Shown: one piece after another, positions 13,711 through 27,844 of the stretch
Layout: each line of letters starts with the position of its first letter
Position numbering within the stretch: position 1 is the first letter of the stretch
Origin: Paragordius varius
Lineage: Eukaryota; Animalia; Nematomorpha
Length of the DNA stretch: 64,000 nucleotides
Assembly: GCA_964247055.1 (NCBI GenBank)
Contig: OZ176058.1
Location: forward strand, 2,418,001-2,482,000
Direction of reading: 5' to 3'
Notes under the pieces: generated by a model
Told to the model about the DNA's origin: nothing
Database searches by the model: none
Seen by the model: only the letters and a program-made list of their open reading frames with translations
Program-made: the position numbers and the translations under genes

Positions 13711-16700
13711 ATGTTTTTCAAAAGACAACCATACTTTTTTAAATCGTCATATTAAAATTTATATTATTCTTAAAATTTGCAAACTATAAAATAGAGATGT
13801 ATTTCGAAACAAATCATTATATATTTTACAGTGGCACTATATATTATTTTAGTGTAAGAAAAATTAAATTTAATAAGTATGGTTGTTGTCTTAAAAATAT
13901 TGTCTTTAAATTTTAAGATTTTGTCCGTATAATTTCAATTTTTACTGTTATATATATACCCGTCTTTTTTTCATTTTTGCCCAACACCCGTTTTATATTA
14001 ATAATTATAAAAATTATACAGATATAAAATGAAAAAAATTAGGTAAATATTTTTAAAAAGTTAACCAAGATTCTAAAACTCCATATTTTCATATATAAAC
14101 TATTTGATCTCAATCATAAAATATATAATTGAGTTTTATATTTTTATTCTTAAAACTAAATTTAATTTAAAATATTTAATTTATTTCAAATAACTAATAA
14201 TTAAATTTCTAAAGCTAGTGTCAATCATATTGAATTAGTTTTTAATTTAATTTATGAAAAAAATTAACACAATAACATAGCAACATGGAACATACGCGGC
14301 ACCTACCATGGGGTGAATAAAGTTTTTTTATTAAAACGAGAATATAAACGAAGATTTTTTTTAATTTATACCATTTTAATACGATCTTAATTCTAATATG
14401 TATCTTTATAATTTTATTAAAATATAAAAACAAACACAGATATATTTCTCAATACTTGAGTTGAAAACGCCATCTAATTAACTATAAAAACTGAGAATAG
14501 CAAGTTGAACTTTGGTTTATAGATTGCATTTACAGTAAAATTTTATGCAGACAAAACTTAAAATAATAACAGATATATTTTTTCAAAAAACGGACTTGAT
14601 TTTAAAATCTAGACCATGGATTCAAATTGCAAAGTATAGAACAAACAAGTATAATAATATCATAATTAGTTTTGTGAAATAGTAAAATTTATTTATATCA
14701 GTCCTAAGGCTTAAAAGTATGGTTATCTTTTGCAAAAAATAATTGTCTTTATGTTTTTACGTTTTAGCTGTATAATTGTTTTTTACAGTTTTGATATCTT
14801 TTTTTAAATTTTGTATACAGTTTTAAATGTATTTGATATATTACTGTGAAATCGTAATTGGATTATTAAATTTATTAAAAAAGGGTAAAATTTAAAAAAT
14901 TTAAATCATCTTGGGTACATGGTTGCAGTGAATCAAAAAAAGAAAGCTTTTTAACAAAAAAACTAAAAGTATGAATATTAAAACACATTTTAATATCTAT
15001 TTTATTAAAAATGTACAGTTAAATATCTTCTTTACTACCTATTTTGCGTACTTTTTATTAGAAGGCCATCTAATTATTAAAAATTTTTACTGATTTCAGA
15101 TTAGATTTTTTTATTTTAGTTAAGGTTTTACTTTCAAACAGTACAAAAATTAACCGATCTGACCGCTTTCAGAGATATATTTCGGATTATCCAGAGTACA
15201 AGCTATTTGTAATAATATAAAAGCTAAAAAGTAATACTAAAAAGTATCTTGAGTGGCCTGCAAAAAAATGGCAGAAAAAAAAAGCGCCGTATTCGAAATG
15301 AATCATATCCAAACTAAGAAAAATTGCCGTAAAACGATCAAAGATTCAATGAATAAATTGGGTGAAGAAAAGGGCAATACAATAGAAAAAGCATTCCAAC
15401 TGCATATAAATGGGTAAAATAGGATAATTGTATTAAAACCTAAACAACTGATATGCGGTTTTTATACTAACTCTCAAATTCCACTACATATAAGTTCGCT
15501 TATACTAACCGGAGCACATAAAAGCAAATTAAATGGGTCTTAAGTCACCCATAATATAAATTTATATTTTCCTTAACGCTCTAGGATTATCTTTGTCACT
15601 CATTGACTTTTCTATTAGTCTAATTTAAGGATGCTCCTAAAAGTATTTATTTTCACTTATTAATCTGATTTAATTTTTTAGAGGATTATTATTTGAAAAT
15701 GTGTCAAAAAGCATATTTTTTTCTATAGTGCCCCAAATAAATTAAAAGGTGATGACAACCTCATCCTAGTTTAACATATTTGTGGGTAAAATGTTTACCG
15801 GTAAGACCGTAATGAATTTCGATTGCAGTTGTCCAACAAACAGGAAATGATAGCAAAATTATGTCATTAGAAATTCCGCATGATTATAAAATGTTTTATG
15901 TCATACTTATATTTTTTAGGATTTATTGGCCTAAGGCGTAAATTTATAATTACCAATAGTTAATTATCAGTTCTATCATAGTGCCTATTTTAACATATAT
16001 TAGCCATTTTTGTGCATTAAGGATAAAATTGATTGTAATCGGGTGTATTATTTATAACTTGGCATATCTCCTTATGAGGGGTATCAAAAATTGGTATTGG
16101 TAATAGCAAGTTTATGGTCATATATTCATAAATATTTTAAGTAATTATGTTTTGGCCTATACAAATTACTCATTGAAGGCACCCCACAGATGAAGAGCTT
16201 AAAAAATTCATCTAAAATTTTAATAGATAGATGTCAATTGTCGAGTAATTGAAATACGGACAAAAATATAAAAAATATTATTTTTTGGCAACCATACTAT
16301 TTAAATTTCGATTTGCTTTAGAAATATAAATTATTTTTTTAAATTGCTAAATATAAAAGAGATATGTATATTGATAAACAATCAATTAAATATTTTACAA
16401 TCGTAATTAAAAATTTATAAGAGAAAAATTATGCTTGAAGAAATATGGTTAACTTTTTTAGTCTTTTATGATTTGTCCCTATAAATTCGATTTTCTGTAA
16501 TTATTGTTATTCTATCATTGATCACAAAATTTTAATTTTTCACAGTCTACAAATATCGTGTTGGACATCCTTGGTTTATTACTAATAATATTATTTCTAA
16601 TTTTGTGTCCAATTTTTTATATTTATTTTTGTTTATTTTTACGTCAAAATTACTAACAGTAATAGAAAATTTATATTTAAACAATTTCATTTTTTGCTGA

Positions 16701-17910
16701 TTTTATATGATTTAAAAATATAATTTGATTGTTGTTCAATTGTAGAATTTTTAATACACTGCCATAGCTTAGGTAATATAATTTCATTGAAAAATAATTA
16801 TTTACTGATAAAAATGTTTGTTGAAAATACTTTGCTATCCTTGTTAATAAAATTTAATTTTTAGGAAAGTAATGGATGATCGTTGTAAACTATATTATAT
16901 TTATTATCTTATTTTTTAAAGAGTCGTTGATAAAAAAAAATAAAAATAGACAAAAAATTTAAAAAAATTTTTAAAAACAAACCAACCAAACCTATAATAT
17001 CCTCGATTTCAGCAGCTAAACAATTTAATTAAAATTGTAAATACGCAGAATTTTTCCATTTTAAATCTCTATACTTCAATGATTAAAACTATAAGTTATA
17101 TTTAAAAACTTAGGTAGTAAAAAATGTAGCAGTCATCAAAAAAAATTTATCTTTGTGTTTATAAATTTTGTTTGTATAATTGTGATTTTTAGTGTAAGAT
17201 TTGATTATGGTTTTAAAAACAAGGAAATGATCATAAATTATCTAAATTGTTAAAATTATTAATTATTTGATATTAGATTATTTAAAAAAATTTGATTTTT
17301 TGAAAGTAATGTTATGATAAAGAAGTGACCGTGTATTAAAAATTAGTGAATATAAATTGATAAAAAATATTGTTAATTGTTAAAAATATTAATTTTTGAC
17401 TGGTTATATAACCTAAATAGGTAATTTTTGAAAAATTTATATTGGTTTAAAATTTGATTGTTTTAAATAGTAATCACTGTTTATATACCAATATTAGAAG
17501 TTACTATTGAATAAGACTGCTCTGGGGTTATGAAAAGTATCCGATTGAACTACAAATATGAAATCCGATAGATAAATGTATCAGGATTATTAATGTGCTT
17601 TTGTCCCTTTTTGCGTGATTTAAGTTTATTTACTTTTTTTATAAGTCCACCATAGCGAACATTTTAATAATTTTTTTTGATGAAATATCAATAAACCATT
17701 TTAAAAACTATTAGTATAATAAATCTTAACTGATTTATAAATCGAAAATTAATTATATAAATTTTTAATCGCAGGCATCGAAATTCATAGATTTTTGCAC
17801 TGCTAGAAATGGGACTATTTCCGATAAACCCAAAAATGCTGATATTACACGATATCACTTTAAAATATATGCTAATTTATAACATCTAGAAGAGAAATAT
17901 TTTAAAATTA

Positions 17911-18925
17911 TGGGTCGGGTGATAAAAAAACTTTTTTGACGACTTGCAAGTTTTTCACATGGCTTGCTTTCATGTGATAAAAAAAATAACATTACATGAC
18001 TTAAGTCAAGCAAGAAAACTTAATTTGGAGGTGATAAAAAATCATATGATCAAGTAAAACTTAAAGATTTTGCAAGGGTGGTGTAGGGCACACTTGACAG
18101 ATTTAAAAATATGGATAAAATTTTTTTGGAAACTATTTATGTATAAAATTTAGGATTTATATGTAATTCAAACTTTTGTTAATGCTATAAATTGTTAATT
18201 TGATAATTGGCTAATTAATCTATTCATCGGGTGGATACAAAAGAGGATAATATGGAAAAATTCTGCTAATATTAAATGACATGGCATATAAAAACATGGT
18301 AAATATATCAATACCACCGCGAAAAAATTTGATTCTCAAAAATTTCTTAAGATCAATAATTAAATATTAATCTTGTGAAATTTCAAATCTTCGTTAACGC
18401 TAAAGGTTACTTCACTATTAACTAATTAAAAGAATTTATTATATCATAAATCTATTTCGTATGTATTGATAATCAATTAAAAATAATAATGTGTATATTG
18501 TAATAAACATCTTCCAATTATATTTGCAAATGGACTTCAAAATGAGTAGTGTGGTAAAAAAATGGAAAGTGTTTTAAGAGCGAATGGTTTGATCATTCTA
18601 AAAATTATTACCAGACCAATATTTAAAAACTCTATATATTTAATAAGATACGTGCCATTGAGTTTCAAAAACTTCAATAAATGCATATTGTATTAATTGT
18701 TTATCTTTTTGTGCCTTATTTAATAAATTTTGGCTGAAAATGATCAAAATAATTTCCGTAAAATTCGAATTGGGTGGCAAAAAAATGTTACATTCATAAG
18801 CAAAAGACTTGTCTTAAGTGTTTTTTTATCACCGATCTTCAGGTGTACACTTGCTGGCTTAAGTAAACTTGCTCAACTTGCCACGCTTTTACAAGTCAAA
18901 TGCGGCTTTTTTATCACCCCACCCA
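17911..18925. mobile_element. Uninterrupted sister copy of the 1.0-kb TIR element
   Basis: Same termini and near-identical internal sequence as 11201-13710, without the LTR insert. Confidence 0.6.
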
Positions 18926-19386
18926 ATGTTTTTCAAAAGACAACCATACTTTTTTAAATCGTCATATTAAAATTTATATTATTCTTAAAATTTGCAAACT
19001 ATAAAATAGAGATGTATTTCGAAACAAATCATTATATATTTTACAGTGGCACTATATATTATTTTAGTAAGAAAAATTAAATTTAATAAGTATGGTTGTT
19101 GTCTTAAAAAAATTGTCTTTAAATTTTAAGATTTTGTCCGTATAATTTCAATTTTTACTGATATATATATATCCGTCTTTTTTTCATTTTTGCCCAACAC
19201 CCGTTTTATATTAATAATTATAGAAATTATACAGATATAAAATGAAAAAAAATAAGAAATTTTTTTTGAAAAATATAATCCTGATTGTAAAACTCAATAT
19301 TTTCATATATAAACTATTTAATCACAATTATAAAATATATAATTGAGTTTTATATTTTTATTCCTAAATTAATTTTTAAAAATATT

Positions 19387-19389
<3 letters not shown>

Positions 19390-19456
<67 letters not shown>
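19390..19456. repeat. (TA)n microsatellite
   Basis: Two long TA runs separated by 'ttaaa'. Confidence 0.95.
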
Positions 19457-19460
<4 letters not shown>

Positions 19461-20399
19461 TTATTTTTTAGTAATTTAATTTGCATACTAAAATTTAATT
19501 TGTATAGCTAGTGTCAATTGTATTCAATTCGTTTTTAATTTATATTTTATGAAAAAAAATTAACACAACAGCATAGCAACATGGAACATACGCGGCACCA
19601 ATCATGGGTGAATAAAGATTTTTTTATTAACACTAGAATATAAAACAAGAATTTTTTAATCTATACCATTTTAATACGATCTTATTCTAAATTGTGTCTT
19701 TATAATTTTATTAAAATATAAAAACAAACACCCTATATATATTTATATGAATGGAGTTAAAAACGCCATCTAATTAACTATAAAAACTGATAGAAAGGTA
19801 TAGATTAGCTTATAAATTGCATTTACAGTAAAATTTTATGGAGACAAAACTTAAAATAATTACAGATATATTTTTTTAAAAAAACGGATTTGATTTTTTA
19901 GAAGACTGATTTAAATTGCAAAGTATAGAACAAAGAATTACAATTAGTATTGTGAAAGGGTAAAAATTATTTATATCGGTATACCTTAGGTTTAAAAAGT
20001 ATGGTTATTTTGAAAAAATAATTTTTATTTTTTTACGTTTGTAAATTATTTTTTTACAGTTTCGATATCTTTTTCTAAATTTTGAATTAATTTTAATCTT
20101 TGACATATAGAAAATAAAATCGTAATTGGATTATTAAATTTATATAAAAAAGGGTAAAATTTAAAAAACTCAAATCATCTTGGGTACATGGTTGCAGTGA
20201 AACAAAGAAAGAAAGCCCTTTAACAAAAAACCCTAAAATTATGGATATTAAAACACATTTTATATATATTATTAGGAAATGTACAGTTAAGTATCTTTGT
20301 TACAACCTATTATGCGTACTTTTTATTACTAGGCCATCTAATTATTAAAAGTTTTTACTGATTGCAGATTAGATTTTTTATTTTAGTAAGGTTGTACTT

Positions 20400-22006
20400 T
20401 CAAACAGTCGAAAACAAAAATTAACCGATCTGAAGGCTTTGAGAGATATATTTCGGATGTTTTATATCCAGAGAACAAGTATTTGTAATAATATAAAAGA
20501 CTAAAAAGTAATACTAATCTTGAGTGGCCTTCGAAAAATGAATTATATACAAATTAAGAAAAATTGCCGTAAAATGATCAAAGAATTACTGAGAAAAATG
20601 GGTGAAGAAAAGGGCAATACAATAGAAAAAGCATTCCAATCTACATATAAATGGGTAAAATAGGATAATTATATTAAAACCTAAACAACTGGTAATACTA
20701 AATCTCGAATTCCACAACATATTAAATCGCTTATAGTAACCGGAGCACATTAAATCAAATTAGATGGGTCTTAAGTCACCCATAAAATAAATCTATATTT
20801 TCCATAACGCTCCAGGATTTTCCTTGTCACTCATTGACTTTTGTATATATTAGTCTAATTCAATATGATCAGTCCGAGTTCCTAAAAGTACTTTTTTTTC
20901 ACTTATTAATCTGATTTAATTTTTTAGAGTATTATTATTATTTGAAAATGTGTTAAAAAGCATATTTTTTTCTGTAGTGTTTCAATTAATTATAAGGTGA
21001 TGTCAACATTTCTGTTTCACATCTTTGTGGGTAGAAAATTTACCGGTAAGACCGTAATGCGATTGCAGTTGTCTAACAAACAGGAAATGATAGCAAAATT
21101 ATTATGTCATTAAATATTCCGCAAGATTATAAAATGTTCTATATCATACATTTATATTTTTTTTAGAATTTATTGGCCTAAGGCTTAAATTTATAATTAC
21201 CAATATTTATTTATCAGTTCTATCATAGTGCCTATTTTAACATATATTAGCTATTTTTGTAAAATAAAAATAAAATTTTTGCAATCGGTATTTTATTGAC
21301 AACTTGGTATATCTCCTTATGAGGGGTATCAAAAATTGGTATTGGTAATAGCAAGTTTATGGTCATATATTCATAAATATTTTAAGTAATTATGTTTTGG
21401 CCTATACAGGTTACTCATTAAAGGCACCCCACAGATGAAGAGCTTAAAAAATTCATCTAAAATTTTAATAGATAGGTGTCAATTGTCGAGTAAAAATTGA
21501 AATACGGACAAAAATATAAAAAATATTATTTTTTTGGCAACCATACTATTTATTTCGATTTGCTTTAGAAATATAAATTATTTTTTTAAATTGCTAAATA
21601 TAAAAGAGATATGTATATTGATACACAATCAATAATCTAATGGGAAAAATTATATTTAAAAAAAGTATGGTTAACTTTTTTAGTCTTTATATTTTTATGA
21701 TTTGTCCCTATAAATTCGATTTTCTGTAATTATTGTTATTCTATCATTGATCACAAAATTTTAATTTTTCACAGTCTACAAATATCGTGTTGGACATCCT
21801 TGGTTTATTACTAATAATATTATTTCTAATTTTGTTTCCAATTTTTTATATTTATTTTTGTTTATTTTTACGTTTGACCAAAATTACTAACAGTAATAGA
21901 AAATTTATATTTAAACAATTTCATTTATTGCTGATTTTATATGATTTAAAAATATAATTTGATTGTTGTCCAATTGTAGATTTTTTAATACACTGCCATA
22001 GCTTAG
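20400..22006 (+). pseudogene. Exon-like islands of an unknown, probably membrane-protein (pseudo)gene repeated in each array unit; unit D looks most intact
   Basis: Conserved AG/GT-bounded islands, e.g. 20816-20887, 20978-21045, 21775-21892 (STNIVLDILGLLLIILFLILFPIFYIYFCLFLRLTKITN) and a phase-compatible 27-nt microexon 21980-22006; stops and frameshifts differ between copies. Confidence 0.4.
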
Positions 22007-24079
22007 GTAATATAATTTTATTGAAAAATAATTTTTTAATATTTATATTAGAGCCTGATTAATCTTTGAGTATTAAATAGTAGATTTTATAATAAATACT
22101 TTGTTATCCTTGTTAATAGATTGTTGTAAACTATATTATATTTATTATCCTATTTTTTAAAGTAGTCGTTGATAAAAAATAAAAATAGACTGGCGAAAAT
22201 ATTTTAAAATTGCAACTGATTATTGAAAATCGCATATTAGTAATAATCAGGTTTTTTAAGAGATTAAATTTAGAGATTATTGAAAATACGCATATTAGTA
22301 TAATACAAATTTATTAAAAAACAGTGAATAATGTTTAAAAGATTAATTTTAGACCGGATAATTCAATATAATACCCATTTTATAGCGTATTAAATTTGAT
22401 GTTGATAAGAGATATCCGACATAGCCTGGTGACTTTACGTTAAAATTAAAATACGGATATAACCTAAAAAAATAAAAAATAAATTTTTAAAACAAACCAA
22501 ACAAACCTTAAATATTCCCGATTTTAGCATCTAAACAATATAATTATGTAACAGAATATTTCCATTTTACATTATATTTCTAATTTAATAATTAGAACAA
22601 TAAGTTATATTTAAAGGGCAAGGGTAGTAAAAAATGTAGCGGTCATTCCAAAAATTAAATATCTTTGTGTTTAATTTTGTCTCTATAATTTTAATTTTTA
22701 GTGTATGATTTGATTATTGGAGAGAAATGGTTTTGAAAAGAATGAAAAAATATATAATGTCCAAATATGTTAAAATGTATAAAATAATTATTGATATTTG
22801 ACTAGTTAAAATAATTTGATTTTTTGACATTAATGTTATGATAAAGTAGAAAATTGTTGAAAATATTTATACAAATGCTGGTAAATTTAATTTTGTTAAA
22901 AAGTGATCGTGTATTTAAATGAATTAGTTAATATAATATAATTGATAAAAAGTATCGTTAATTGTTAAAAATATTAATTTTAGACTAATTACTTAACTTC
23001 AATCCTGACAATTAATTGTTAAAAATATTCATATTGGCTTTAAATTTGATTGTTGGAAAATATTAGTTAACTGTTTATATACCAATATTTGCATGATTAA
23101 TATTTTTAATTGAATAACATTGCGCACAATATCTGGGTTATGTGTTGAAATATAAATATGAAGTCTGATAGATAAATTTATCAGGATTATCAATGTGCCT
23201 TTAGCCTTTACGGGTAATTTAATAAATTAATTTACACTTTTTTGTAAGTGCTCCATATCAGAAAATGGCAATTTGCACTCATTTTTTAATAAAATTTTTT
23301 GGAAATATTAATGATCCATTTCAAAAAGTATTATTATATAATATCTTAAATAAGTTATAAATCAGAACATTATTTACACATAATTTTATACTAAGGTCCG
23401 AAATTCGTTAATTTGAAACAGCTATAAATGAAACCAACTTTTATCCGATAAACGCATAAATGCTGAGATTGCACGATATCACTTTTAAATATGAGCTAAA
23501 TTATAGCAACAAAAAGAGAAATATTTTAAAATTATGTATGCTTCAAATTTAAATTTTCTCAAAGTTTTAAAGGGCTAATTGTATTTTAAGCATGTGGATA
23601 CGGTATAATAACGCTTAAACAGAATTTTAATCACTTTTTATATAAATATTCGGCGCTTATCATTTCTATCACCAAAGTAAAATTTAAGACCTAGTTTTTG
23701 GTTTAAAAAGAACAAATTTTTAAATAAAAATTCTAAAATAGAATTAAGCATCCTCGAATTGTGTAGAATTTATCTTACGTTTTTACCATAATAGATCATG
23801 AACGCACAACAAAGTATGCGTTTTTTGTTAAAAAAATTAACTTTTGATCTAATAATCTACCATATATAAGCTTTTAACATGGAATCTCGGCATTTTCGCT
23901 AATTTAAGAAAACAAACCCATTGTATCTAAAAATTTGCGACTTCGGAGCCTACGTCTAAACTTTTACTTTAATAATTTTGTCTTTTAAATATGGTTTATA
24001 ATAATTTTAACATATATTTTTTGGATAAAGCATTTGGTTTCATCAACAAAAATTATAATGTCCAATTTTGGGATTTTTG

Positions 24080-24450
24080 AAATGGCCCAATCACCAGAGA
24101 ATTCCAAATAGCTTTCTTAAATCACTTATAAGCACCAAAATCCCGATTCATATTTTATCAAAAAATACATGTATCGTCAACATATCACCAGGGAAAGTAG
24201 TTGAAAGAAAATGCTTATTATACGCTGCATCCACAAGTAATATCTTGTGAAATATATATTCTACTAGAATGCAGGAATAGTGCTTTTGGTTGTAGGAATA
24301 ACGATCCATTTAAGTTAAATGTCTTCACCTTTGTCATGATTGCCCCGAAATCGAAAAATCGCAAATAGCGCACATTATATCATATTCAATTTTTCTAAGT
24401 GCTGATTCATGCATTCAGGGCCAGTAACCTCTTTCCAAAAATAATTATTT
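24080..24450 (-). pseudogene. Degraded gypsy-type integrase relic
   Basis: Minus strand gives RGYWP*MHE...C.IC (H2C2-like), LLVDA.Y.K and LFGI...(SDN)GP.F-like traces, with many stops. Confidence 0.35.
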
Positions 24451-25054
24451 CAAATGAGGTAAAACACGTCCTACAATACAGTAAACATTGTACCCTTTAA
24501 TAATTTATTTTGTACAAAAAAATTGTTATCCAGACTTTCATATGCTTGAAATTAGGGGTGTGCATCACATATGACTTTCCTCATTTGGAAAGTAGGGAGC
24601 CTTATAAACTTTTTATTACAGACTGTGGAACAAAAATATAGTAAAAAATATATAGCTGTTTATTTACTAATTTTTGCTAGTTCAATAAAAGACTTCAAAT
24701 TAAAGAAATATTTTACTAAGATTATATGATCATATTCTTCATGCGAGAATTCATTTTTGTAGTTTTCCTTTCGTGCTTTAAATCAAAAGCTTAAATCTAT
24801 TTTGACGTCGTATTATGGCTAATTACCATATTAAGATGCGGTGTTCGTCAAAAATAATTTATTATTTTATTAACAATAAATATATTAGTATAACCATAGG
24901 GCATATATAAATATAAAGTAAGCTCAATGTAACGCATTATTGTCAATTTTTTAGATTTATATCTATGATTTTCACTTTGCGGTAATATATTATAAATGGA
25001 CATGCAAAATATATCTTCTCTATACTAAAATCAAGCGGCCAATGTTTCACATGA

Positions 25055-25100
25055 TTAATCTGAAGTTAGTTGAGTATCTGATTTTGTCAAAATCTTTAAT
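25055..25100 (-). CDS. TMEM30A: CDC50 probable terminal exon ([15 protein letters not shown])
   Basis: Phase-2 acceptor gctaatttAG fits the exon 6 donor; read-through to stop at 25173 is an alternative. Confidence 0.65.
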
Positions 25101-27808
25101 CTAAATTAGCATATTAATATATAATAAATAATATAATTTATACTACTAATTATAAATTATTATTCAAATCTTTTACAATTTCCAATTTGAAGAAAAAAAG
25201 TAATGCAAATAAACATACTTATTTCCATATTTGCGGTGTATGGCTATAAAAATGGCTCCAAAAAATAAGCAAAGTGAACCGGTTACGATATAAGCTATGC
25301 CCAAAAACACATTTTTGCCCCCGAGCCATGACGTGTTTGATATAATGATACTTTTGGTCCCTTTAAAAACTGTCACTGGATATGCTAAAAATATATATAT
25401 ATATATATAATTTCATTGAAAAATAAAACGAGAAAACTTTATGTTATGAATTTCAATTATATAAACGAATACATACTGCAAAGATCATTTTTATTGTCTA
25501 ACAATTAAAAGGTGAAATTAGGAAACCAATTATTATATTATCCTTTGCTGAATATGTTATCTATATATCTGCAAAAATTAAACTATGTGTAAAAATTTTC
25601 AATTTTTTTCTACAAGTCAATACACATTAGTATTGGAAACTATACCGAGAAACTGTAAAAATCTTAAATACTAATATTCAGGCAATCATTCTTTTTTAAA
25701 ACATGATTTTTGTCATATAAATTATTGGAGTACAATTGTACAATAAGTAATTTATTATGTAAACAGTTTTATACATCTCTATTTGTAAACTTTGCAATTT
25801 AAAAGAATAATTTATATTTAAAAGACATTATCAAGATTTAAGTCTTTTTGGGGAACATTATTTGTGTTTAAATGTTTACGAATCAAAAACAACAACATTT
25901 TTTTCAAGCATAACCAACTGAAAAAAGTGTTGGGTTTATTTAAAAAATGTTGCTTTAAACTGAAATCCGATAGATATTACATACATATGAATCAAAAGAA
26001 GCAACATTTTTTCAGGATACCCAAACATTTTTCAAGCAAAGACAACTGCTGAAAAATGTTACTTTAACTTGTAAAATGTTGCTTTTAACTAAAAAATCGG
26101 ATAGATATTGATTACATACCATGAGCCAAAAAAGCAACATTTTTATGCAAAGACAACTGCTGAAAAGTGTTGAGTTTACTAGTAAAATGTTGCTTTTGAC
26201 TGATAATCCGATAGATATTGATACATATATACCATTTTCAAGCAAGCGCAACATATTTTCAGGTATACTCCAAAATTATACGCAATAACATTTACAAGCA
26301 AAGATAACTAAAAAAAAGTTGCGTTCACTTGTAAAATGTTACTTTTGACTGATAATCGGATAGATATTGATACATATATACCATTTTCGAGCAAACGCAA
26401 CATTTTTCAAGCTACTCCAACATTTTTCAAGCATAACCAACTGAAAAAAGTTGCGTTTACTTGAAAAATGTTGCTTTTGACTGATAATCGGATAGATATT
26501 GATACCACCATGATTCTAAAGAAACAACATTTTTTCAGGCTACCCAACATTTTTCAAGCAAAGACAACTGCTAAAAAAAGTTGCGTTTACTTGTAAAATG
26601 TTGCTTTTAACTAAAAAATCGGATAGATATTGATACATACATACCATGAGTCAAAAGAAGCAAAATTTTTCAGGCTACCCCAACAATTTTCAAGCATAGC
26701 TGAAAAAATGTTGCGTTTAAAGTTGCTTTTAACTGAAAAATCGGATAGATATTGATAAATACATACCATTTTCAAGCAAGCGCAACATTTTTTCAGGTAT
26801 ACTCCAACATTTTTAGCAAACGCAACATTTTTCAAGCATAATCAACTAAAAAAAGTTGCGTTTACTTGTAAAATGTTGCTTTTGACTGAAAAATAGTATA
26901 GAATTTGAAACATACATACCATATTTGATTATTGCCGTATAATTACCAGCGGGTAAACCGTCAGCAAATAATTGTCCATAGCTGCTTTGAGATGGAGGAA
27001 CGCCTGAAACCATACTATGATGGTGGTGATCTACACGTCTATAAAGCTTGCGAAAGGTGGGAAATGCACTAGTTCTCATCCACACCATTAAATCTTGGTT
27101 TTGGAAACCGTTGAGTGTCGGATTTTGTACATCTAACTCATACACTGGTCTAGGCCAATTTATGGGTTTAGCTGTCCCGAAGAAGGCTGGAAAAGAAAAT
27201 ATACCATTTACAGTTCAAAATCACCCTCGAACAATTTAAGTGCATTTTAAATTTAAAATATGTGTTTTCGGGATAAAAAAACTCATCGTTAATGTGAAAT
27301 ATATCTGTATTAGCATATTTTATTATTTTTAGACAGTATTAAAATTTTAAATGATCTTTCGGTTTTTGTAAAATAAATTAAAAATAGAGAAAATTTTTAA
27401 TCTTCAAAAAACAAATAATTTATTTTTTAGTTAAATTTGAATTTACGGGTGAATTTAAACTGTAAATGGTATATATATATATATATATATCATACTTTGC
27501 AATTTAAAAATAAATTAATTATATTAAAAATCTAAATTTTGTGTAATTCTAATTTTTACAATTTGTCAATTTAAATTTTTACCATATTTATATATTTTCT
27601 TCTTCAGTATTATGTTAATTTTACATAAAATTTTAGTTTTTTTAAAAATATAAAAAATATACGAAATTTTTATTTTTCAAATAAGTAAATTCGAATTTAA
27701 GGGTAAATTTGACTGTATTTATATATATATATATATATATTATATTCATACTTTGCAATTTAAATATTGCGTAAGATATTCAAAAATCTAAATTTAAATG
27801 TTTAATTC

Positions 27809-27844
<36 letters not shown>

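Larger units (their letters stand above)
4841..23540. repeat. Tandem segmental array of about four units (A ~4841-8670, B ~8670-15390, C ~15390-20625, D ~20625-23540)
   Basis: Marker 'catataaatgggtaaaataggataat' at ~4870, ~8695, ~15405, ~20645; marker 'gtaagaccgtaatg' in all four; B 9810-14030 (minus the LTR insert) is nearly identical to C 16545-19230. Confidence 0.9.

Noticed and set aside
13515-18957. Duplicated 75-aa ORF MAENDQ... (13515 and 18730)
   Set aside because: Overlaps the end of the TIR element in a recent duplication; TTG start; no recognisable domain
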